A DNA stretch of 33,870 bases, from assembly GCA_002453265.1 (NCBI GenBank), contig DKGK01000015.1, positions 6,816 to 40,685 on the forward strand. Reading direction: 5' to 3'. This document shows, in pieces, positions 27,403 to 33,870 of this stretch; the stretch's first letter is position 1, and every line of letters starts with the position of its first letter. A program made the position numbers and the translations under genes. The notes under the pieces were generated by a model that had not been told where the DNA came from, searched no databases, and worked only from the letters and a program-made list of their open reading frames with translations. Source of the stretch: Flavobacteriales bacterium UBA6772. Its GTDB lineage: Bacteria; Bacteroidota; Bacteroidia; Flavobacteriales; UBA7430.

Positions 27403-27972
27403 ATGATTTCTATAAAAAACACCCTTATTTCAGAAGACCTTTTAGAGAAGGAATTTGTTTGCGACCTAAGTGCCTGCAAAGGTGCTTGCTGTGTAGAAGG
27501 CGACGGCGGAGCTCCTTTAGATGAGAATGAACTTAATATTCTCGAAGACATTTATGAGGACGTTAAACCCTTTATGAATGAAAAAGGAATTCAAGGTGTA
27601 AAAGATCAAGGTAAATGGGTTGTTGGTGAAGATGGTGGAATGGAAACACCAATTTTAAATGGTAAAGAATGTGTTTACGTTTTTTTCGATAGAGATAATT
27701 ACGCTAAATGTGCCATTGAAGCTGCTTATAGAGATGGGAAAATAGATTACAAAAAGCCTATTTCTTGTGAATTATATCCAGTTAGAATTCAATCTTATCC
27801 TGAGTTTGATGCAGTAAATTACCATAAATGGCATATTTGCAAACCTGCTTGCGAATGCGGTGCGAAATTAAAAGTTCCTGTTTACAAATTTCTAAGAGAA
27901 CCACTTATTAAAAAGTATGGCGAAGATTGGTACAAAGGCTTAGAATTTGCCGCTGAAAAGCAAAATAGCTAA
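27403..27972 (+). CDS. DUF3109 family Cys-rich protein
   Basis: From ATG 27403 the N-terminus reads MISIKNTLISEDLLEKEFVCDLSACKGACCVEGDGGAPL, which I recognise as the DUF3109 signature. The ORF-track GTG start at 27337 lies inside the upstream RNA-like stem. Confidence 0.8.
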   Translation: MISIKNTLISEDLLEKEFVCDLSACKGACCVEGDGGAPLDENELNILEDIYEDVKPFMNEKGIQGVKDQGKWVVGEDGGMETPILNGKECVYVFFDRDNYAKCAIEAAYRDGKIDYKKPISCELYPVRIQSYPEFDAVNYHKWHICKPACECGAKLKVPVYKFLREPLIKKYGEDWYKGLEFAAEKQNS

Positions 27973-28401
27973 CATAGTAATGAAGCGGGGTTGCTGAACA
28001 ATTAAAAAATTTATCATTCAAGATTTCACTTGAAGCCACAACAAGCTATTAAATAAGTTTTAATCTTAAAACTTATGCCTATTTAAGTACAAAACTAGAT
28101 GAATTTTGAGTCCCTTAGAGCATATAACTCACAAAGTGTGATTTACTAATTACGGACTGTGTCTAAGTAAAATAATATTTCTTTTTAACACTTTTCAAAC
28201 AAGCTTAACTCTTTGTAAATAGGATATTTGAATAGGTTATAAACTATTTGTTGAAAACTAAATTAGCAATTTCAAAAAGCCGCTTGTTTCCCATTAATTT
28301 TATTGAAATATTTGTAAACCTTAATTTAAAAATTGAGTAGAATTACCTATACATTTTAAAGCCCTTAATTTTAAGGAGTTTTACTAAAAATAAGCATATT
28401 T

Positions 28402-29376
28402 ATGGCATTTATTGAACCTATTTTACAAGAAAATAAAGACCGATTTGTACTTTTCCCTATCGTACACGACGACATTTGGAAATTTTACAAAGAGGAAGAA
28501 GCTAGTATTTGGACCGCAGAAGAAATTGACCTTAGTCAAGATATAATCGACTGGGAGACGAAGCTAAACGATAATGAAAGACATTTTATAAAACACGTTC
28601 TTGCATTTTTTGCTGCTTCCGACGGAATCGTAAACGAAAATTTAGCTGAGAATTTCCTTTCTGAAGTTCAATATACAGAAGCTAAATTTTTCTATGGGTT
28701 CCAAATTATGATGGAAAATATTCACTCGGAGACCTACTCTTTATTAATCGATACTTATATTAAAGACAAGGTTGAGGCAGACAAACTTTTCCATGCAATT
28801 GATCATTTCGATGCTATTAAGAAAAAAGCTGACTGGGCTATAAAATGGATCGACTCACCAAGTTTTGCCGAACGTTTAATCGCTTTTGCAGCTGTAGAAG
28901 GAATTTTCTTCTCCGGATCGTTCTGTTCTATTTTCTGGATGAAGAAAAGAGGCTTGTTACCTGGATTAGCCTTTTCTAACGAATTAATTTCTCGTGACGA
29001 AGGATTACATTGTGATTTTGCCGTAATGTTGCATAACGATCACATCGTAAATAAAGTTCCAAAAGAAAGAATTACTCAAATTATTACTGAGGCTTTAGAT
29101 ATAGAGAGAGAATTCATTATCGAAGCCTTGCCTGTGCGTTTAATTGGAATGAATTCTGAATTAATGACTCAATACCTAGAGTTTGTTACTGACCGGTTAT
29201 TACAAGAGTTACACTGTGATAAAATCTACAATGTGGAAAATCCGTTCGACTTCATGGATATGATTTCTCTACAAGGAAAAACAAACTTTTTCGAAAAACG
29301 CGTATCAGAATATCAAAAAGCAGGTGTCTTAGGAAAAGAAGAAGATGCAGGTTTTACTTTTGATGCTGATTTTTAA
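28402..29376 (+). CDS. nrdB: Ribonucleoside-diphosphate reductase beta subunit (class Ia R2, eukaryote-like)
   Basis: 324-aa ORF with di-iron/tyrosyl ligand blocks ([38 protein letters not shown]) and the C-terminal R1-binding tail FTFDADF. Confidence 0.96.
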   Translation: MAFIEPILQENKDRFVLFPIVHDDIWKFYKEEEASIWTAEEIDLSQDIIDWETKLNDNERHFIKHVLAFFAASDGIVNENLAENFLSEVQYTEAKFFYGFQIMMENIHSETYSLLIDTYIKDKVEADKLFHAIDHFDAIKKKADWAIKWIDSPSFAERLIAFAAVEGIFFSGSFCSIFWMKKRGLLPGLAFSNELISRDEGLHCDFAVMLHNDHIVNKVPKERITQIITEALDIEREFIIEALPVRLIGMNSELMTQYLEFVTDRLLQELHCDKIYNVENPFDFMDMISLQGKTNFFEKRVSEYQKAGVLGKEEDAGFTFDADF

Positions 29377-29398
29377 ATCCCTATAAATCCCTAATTAT

Positions 29399-31795
29399 AT
29401 GTTCGTATTAAAAAGAGATGGTCGTAAAGAGGCTGTTAAGTTTGACAAAATTACTTCCCGCATCCAAAAGATGTGTTATGGCTTAGATGACTTAGTGAAT
29501 TCTACTACGGTAGCCATGAAAGTTATTGAAGGTATTTACGAAGGAGTTACAACTTTTGAGCTAGATAACCTTGCAGCAGAAGTTGCTGCTTCGCTAACTG
29601 TAAAACACCCAGACTACGCAAAGCTTGCTGCCCGTATTGCGGTCTCTAATTTACATAAGAAAACTAAAAAATCGTTCTCCGAAACGATGACAGACTTGTT
29701 TGAATATGTTAACCCGGTTACTAACCAGGAAGCACCAATGCTTGCTAATGATGTACACCAAATTATTCAAGATAATAAAGAGGTTTTAGATTCTACAATT
29801 ATTTATGACAGAGACTTTAGCTACGATTATTTTGGATTCAAAACGCTGGAGCGTTCTTACTTACTACGTAGAAATGGTCAGGTAGCTGAGCGTCCACAAC
29901 ACATGTTGATGCGTGTTTCTATTGGGATTCACAAAGACGACATTCCGGCGGCTATTGAGACATACGAAATGATGTCGAGAAAGTATTTCACACACGCTAC
30001 ACCTACATTATTTAATGCAGGTACACCAAAACCACAAATGTCTTCTTGTTTCTTATTAACTATGAAAGACGATAGTATCGATGGGATTTACGATACTTTA
30101 AAACAATGTTCTAAAATTTCTCAATCTGCTGGGGGTATCGGATTAAGTATTCATAATGTACGTGCTAAAGGATCTTATATCCGCGGTACAAATGGTACTT
30201 CAAATGGAATTGTACCTATGTTACGTGTATTTAACGATACAGCTCGTTATGTAGATCAAGGTGGAGGGAAACGAAAAGGTTCTTTCGCTATTTACCTTGA
30301 ACCTTGGCATGCCGATATATTCGATTTCTTAGACTTAAGAAAAAACCACGGTAAAGAAGAAATGCGTGCGCGTGACTTATTCTACGCTATGTGGACTCCA
30401 GATTTATTCATGAAACGCGTTGAAGCTAATGGCGAATGGACTTTAATGTGTCCTAACGAATGCCCTGGTTTATCCGATGTTTACGGAGCTGAATTTGTTG
30501 AATTATACGAGAAATACGAAGCTGAAGGCAAAGGTCGTAAGACTATTAAAGCCCGTGAAGTTTGGGAAAAAATTGTAGAATCTCAAATTGAAACAGGAAC
30601 TCCTTATATGTTGTATAAGGATGCATGTAACGAAAAATCAAATCAAAAGAACTTAGGGACTATAAAGTCGTCTAACCTTTGTACTGAGATTGTTGAATAT
30701 ACTGCTCCAGACGAAGTTGCTGTTTGTAACTTAGCTTCTATAGCACTACCAATGTTTGTGAAAGATGGGAAGTTTGACCACCAAAAACTTTACGAAGTTA
30801 CCTATAAAGTAACTAAAAACTTAAACGTTGTTATAGACCGTAACTACTATCCGGTACAGGAGGCTCGCAACTCTAATATGCGTCACCGTCCAATTGGATT
30901 AGGAGTACAAGGATTAGCAGATGCATTTATACTATTGCGTTTACCATTTACATCGCCAGAAGCGAAACAGCTGAATAAAGATATTTTTGAAACACTTTAT
31001 TTTGCCTCATTAAAAGCCTCTAACGATTTAGCAAAAATAGACGGTGCTTATGAAACTTTCAAAGGGTCGCCAATTTCTAAAGGACAATTCCAATTCGATA
31101 TGTGGGGTGTGGAATCCAAAGACCTTTCTGGTCGATGGGACTGGGATACACTTCGTGAAGAGATAAAAGTTGATGGTGTGCGTAACTCGCTTTTATTAGC
31201 ACCTATGCCAACAGCATCAACATCTCAAATTCTTGGAAACAACGAATGCTTTGAACCTTATACCTCAAATATCTACACGCGGCGTGTCCTTTCTGGTGAG
31301 TTCATTATCGTAAACAAGCACTTATTAAAAGACTTAGTGAAGTTAGGTTTATGGGATGATGAGTTGAAAAACGAAATCTTACGCACCAACGGATCTATCC
31401 AAAATATCGATATTATTCCGCAGAACATAAAAGACCTTTACAAAACCGTTTGGGAATTGAGTATGCGAGACATCATCGATATGGCTGCAGAACGTGGGCA
31501 ATTTATCGACCAATCACAGTCGCTTAATTTATTTGTAGAAAATGCTAACCTAGGAAAACTTACCTCTATGCATTTCTATGGCTGGAAGAAAGGTTTGAAA
31601 ACTGGTATGTACTACTTGAGAACAAAATCGGCAGTTGATGCGATTAAGTTTACCGTTCAAAAACAATCTAAAGCTCAAACGAAACCTGTGGTTGCAGAAG
31701 TAACTGAGACTCCAGAAACACCGGAGCTTACGCCCGAAGAACAATTAGCTTGCTCTATTGAGAATCCAGACGATTGCGTTTCTTGTGGGTCGTAA
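29399..31795 (+). CDS. nrdA: Ribonucleoside-diphosphate reductase alpha subunit (class Ia R1, eukaryote-like)
   Basis: 798-aa ORF with an N-terminal ATP-cone ([16 protein letters not shown]). Active-site blocks are SSCFLL, SNLCTEI and [10 protein letters not shown]. The C-terminal redox shuttle is CVSCGS. Confidence 0.97.
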   Translation: MFVLKRDGRKEAVKFDKITSRIQKMCYGLDDLVNSTTVAMKVIEGIYEGVTTFELDNLAAEVAASLTVKHPDYAKLAARIAVSNLHKKTKKSFSETMTDLFEYVNPVTNQEAPMLANDVHQIIQDNKEVLDSTIIYDRDFSYDYFGFKTLERSYLLRRNGQVAERPQHMLMRVSIGIHKDDIPAAIETYEMMSRKYFTHATPTLFNAGTPKPQMSSCFLLTMKDDSIDGIYDTLKQCSKISQSAGGIGLSIHNVRAKGSYIRGTNGTSNGIVPMLRVFNDTARYVDQGGGKRKGSFAIYLEPWHADIFDFLDLRKNHGKEEMRARDLFYAMWTPDLFMKRVEANGEWTLMCPNECPGLSDVYGAEFVELYEKYEAEGKGRKTIKAREVWEKIVESQIETGTPYMLYKDACNEKSNQKNLGTIKSSNLCTEIVEYTAPDEVAVCNLASIALPMFVKDGKFDHQKLYEVTYKVTKNLNVVIDRNYYPVQEARNSNMRHRPIGLGVQGLADAFILLRLPFTSPEAKQLNKDIFETLYFASLKASNDLAKIDGAYETFKGSPISKGQFQFDMWGVESKDLSGRWDWDTLREEIKVDGVRNSLLLAPMPTASTSQILGNNECFEPYTSNIYTRRVLSGEFIIVNKHLLKDLVKLGLWDDELKNEILRTNGSIQNIDIIPQNIKDLYKTVWELSMRDIIDMAAERGQFIDQSQSLNLFVENANLGKLTSMHFYGWKKGLKTGMYYLRTKSAVDAIKFTVQKQSKAQTKPVVAEVTETPETPELTPEEQLACSIENPDDCVSCGS

Positions 31796-31825
31796 TTTCA
31801 ACTATGAAAACTATATATTAAAAAT

Positions 31826-31854
31826 CCTCTCGAGCAATCGAGGGGCTTTTTTTT
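31826..31854 (+). terminator. Rho-independent terminator after nrdA
   Basis: CCTCTCGA-GCAA-TCGAGGGG hairpin (one G-U pair) followed by C and a T8 run. Confidence 0.8.
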
Positions 31855-31957
31855 ACAATTAAAAAACTAGAATATTAGACTAAGTACAAAGACGCCAACA
31901 ATATAAAAATATTCGTGGAATAATATTTGCAAAGCAAATAATGATTAAACAAAAACA

Positions 31958-33870
31958 ATGAAACACTTATACTTCATCCTACTCAGTACTTTTTTACTTC
32001 TAACACCCTTAGCGAAAGCACAATGTGGAACTGCTGATACCGAAACTTTTATTAGCAGTCAAGCAACTTTAGATGAACTCTCTTCTTGTGAAGTTTTTCA
32101 GGGAGACCTTCACATATTAGGTAGCAGTATTATAAATATCGAAGCTTTATCTTCCTTATTAATTATACAAGGATCGATCTATATTTACGATACCGAAATA
32201 GAGAACATTGATCCTTTAAACGGTTTAATGAATGCTGAAGAAATTAATATTTACAACAATGATTTACTTGTCGCTTGTTGCGCCTCATTAGACTGGCAAG
32301 AAGCCATTTCTTTCGGAACTATACTCGCAATAAATATTATAGAAAATGCGGAAGGCTGTAATTCTTTTGCAGAGGCTCAGGCCACATGCTTAGGTTTAAT
32401 TCCTGGATGTACAGACGATAATGCCGTAAACTACAACCCTCAAGCTACTTTTGATGATGGTTGCTTGAACGGTCCAGATCTTCAAGTTTCTGTTAATACT
32501 ATTCTAAATTCTTTAGAAATAAACTCCTTTACAAGTTCTGATGAATGTTTAATTGCAGAAGGCTGTATAACAGGCTTAGGAGAACGAAAAACACTTCGCT
32601 TTACAACTTCTATTTCAAATTATGGAAATGAAGATTTTTACATAGGTCAATCTGGTGGAGCAGATAACTTAAACGATAATTTTTATTGGGACGACTGCCA
32701 TGGTCACGCCCATTATGAAGGTTATGCTAGCTATAGAATTTATACATATCCAAGCTTGGGTCCTAGCGAAACAATTGGACATAAAAATGGATGGTGTGTA
32801 ATGGATTTAGGTGGAGCTATTGCTAGTGAAGCTCCAGAAGGAGCAAATTACCCTTCTTGTACTTTTACCTATGGTTGCAGTATTATGGGAATTAGTGCTG
32901 GATGTTCAGACACTTATGGTTCAGGAATTTCTTGCCAGTGGGTTGATGTTACAGACCTAGAAGATGGAGAATATGTTTTAGCGGTTTCTTCGAATATGGA
33001 AACAGACAATTATGTTCCAATGTACGAGATAGATTTTTCAAATAACGTTGTTTATGTATTATTTGAAATTGAAACAAATGATCAGGGAGAAACAACAGTT
33101 TTAGCTGCTTCAGAATTTGATGGATCTTCAATAAGCGATGTATGTACACCCAATATTGATTTAGTTGATTTAGGCTATAATTTCGCAGACAATGTAGAGG
33201 TTAATGGAACTCAAGTACAAATGCCTAATGCATTTTTAAACGAGTATTATACCCAGCCAGTACAGTTTTTATTAACCGAAACATTAAATTTAAATGGTGA
33301 AATAATAACGATTGATTCTCTTGTAGTTAATGATATTTCTAACCTACCTTTAGGATTGAGTTGGGCTTGTGAACCTCTATCGTGTTCTTTCCAAGTCGGA
33401 AGTTCTTGTTTAGGTATTAGTGGAATCTCTACACTTACAGGATCGTTTGATGCGACAATTACCTCTACATTATATTTTACCGACAATCAAGGAAATATAC
33501 AAACCCTTGCACTTCCTTACGCAGGTGGGAATACTTGGGTAGATGCTATTTTGGATGAAGAATACTCGGTTTTCGAACCATTTAATCCTACAATAAATGT
33601 TACCGTAGAATTTCCAATTTATGGCTGTATGGATTCCTTGGCAATAAATTTCAATGAACTAGCTACTTATAGCGATGGCTCTTGCGAACTTCTTGACCTA
33701 GGCTGTACAGATCCTTTTTCTTTAAATTTTGATGAAGAGGCCAATACAGAAGATGGTTCTTGCGAATACTGTGCAGAAGGAGTAGAATGGGTAGCTCAAA
33801 TGAACTTATACGATTCTTATGGAGATGGCTGGAATGGAAATGAATACTCTATTATAAACCAATACGGCGA
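31958..33870 (+). CDS. Secreted multidomain protein with a lysyl-oxidase-like catalytic domain (3'-truncated by the window edge)
   Basis: This ORF is not in the supplied track. Hand translation from ATG 31958 gives 637 codons with no stop up to the window end. Signal peptide MKHLYFILLSTFLLLTPLAKA. The LOX-like blocks are WDDCHGHAHY, GHKNGWCVMD, CSDTYGSGISCQWVDVTDLEDGEYVL and NNVVYV. Confidence 0.85.
   Translation, partial: MKHLYFILLSTFLLLTPLAKAQCGTADTETFISSQATLDELSSCEVFQGDLHILGSSIINIEALSSLLIIQGSIYIYDTEIENIDPLNGLMNAEEINIYNNDLLVACCASLDWQEAISFGTILAINIIENAEGCNSFAEAQATCLGLIPGCTDDNAVNYNPQATFDDGCLNGPDLQVSVNTILNSLEINSFTSSDECLIAEGCITGLGERKTLRFTTSISNYGNEDFYIGQSGGADNLNDNFYWDDCHGHAHYEGYASYRIYTYPSLGPSETIGHKNGWCVMDLGGAIASEAPEGANYPSCTFTYGCSIMGISAGCSDTYGSGISCQWVDVTDLEDGEYVLAVSSNMETDNYVPMYEIDFSNNVVYVLFEIETNDQGETTVLAASEFDGSSISDVCTPNIDLVDLGYNFADNVEVNGTQVQMPNAFLNEYYTQPVQFLLTETLNLNGEIITIDSLVVNDISNLPLGLSWACEPLSCSFQVGSSCLGISGISTLTGSFDATITSTLYFTDNQGNIQTLALPYAGGNTWVDAILDEEYSVFEPFNPTINVTVEFPIYGCMDSLAINFNELATYSDGSCELLDLGCTDPFSLNFDEEANTEDGSCEYCAEGVEWVAQMNLYDSYGDGWNGNEYSIINQYG

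Noticed and set aside
27973-28401. NrdR boxes or a cobalamin riboswitch upstream of nrdB.
   Set aside because: There is no pair of 16-bp acaCwAtATaTwGtgt-like palindromes. Only an 11-bp CACAAAGTGTG is present. There is no B12-box or GC-rich multi-stem structure. This cannot be excluded without a matrix or CM scan.
1-33870. CRISPR arrays, tRNA/rRNA genes, IS elements, integrases, and prophage or genomic-island boundaries.
   Set aside because: I saw no direct-repeat/spacer periodicity, no cloverleaf-capable GC-rich intergenic segment, no transposase- or integrase-like ORF, no terminal inverted repeats and no abrupt compositional shift. The window looks like core chromosome.

Overview
The window is AT-rich (I estimate about 35% GC by eye) and looks like a chromosomal segment from a Bacteroidota/Flavobacteriia-type genome. 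The evidence is several T9SS C-terminal sorting domains, a CarboxypepD_reg-type TonB-dependent receptor, TAnnTTTG promoter boxes and an absence of obvious Shine-Dalgarno sites. Most of it is tightly packed housekeeping: pgk, cvpA, pheS, rnr, sbcCD, HIT-greA, ahcY and nrdBA. I saw no transposase, integrase, CRISPR array, tRNA or rRNA.

Five things stand out:
- An open-ended ORF at 31958 to the window end is missing from the supplied ORF track. It encodes a secreted protein with an apparently intact lysyl-oxidase (LOX) catalytic domain.
- A three-gene outer-membrane operon on the minus strand (14364..23219) has no assigned function. It encodes a 1237-aa TonB-dependent-receptor-like barrel, a 1339-aa secreted protein with a T9SS-like C-terminal domain, and a PorV/PorQ-like barrel.
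- A compact three-way-junction structure followed by a T-tract (27280..27346) sits downstream of two promoter-like boxes in the HAAO/DUF3109 divergent intergenic region.
- An animal-like HAAO-ACMSD gene pair.
- A lipoprotein with a degenerate Rieske-like motif.

All product calls come from motif and sequence recognition by eye. No database search was run.
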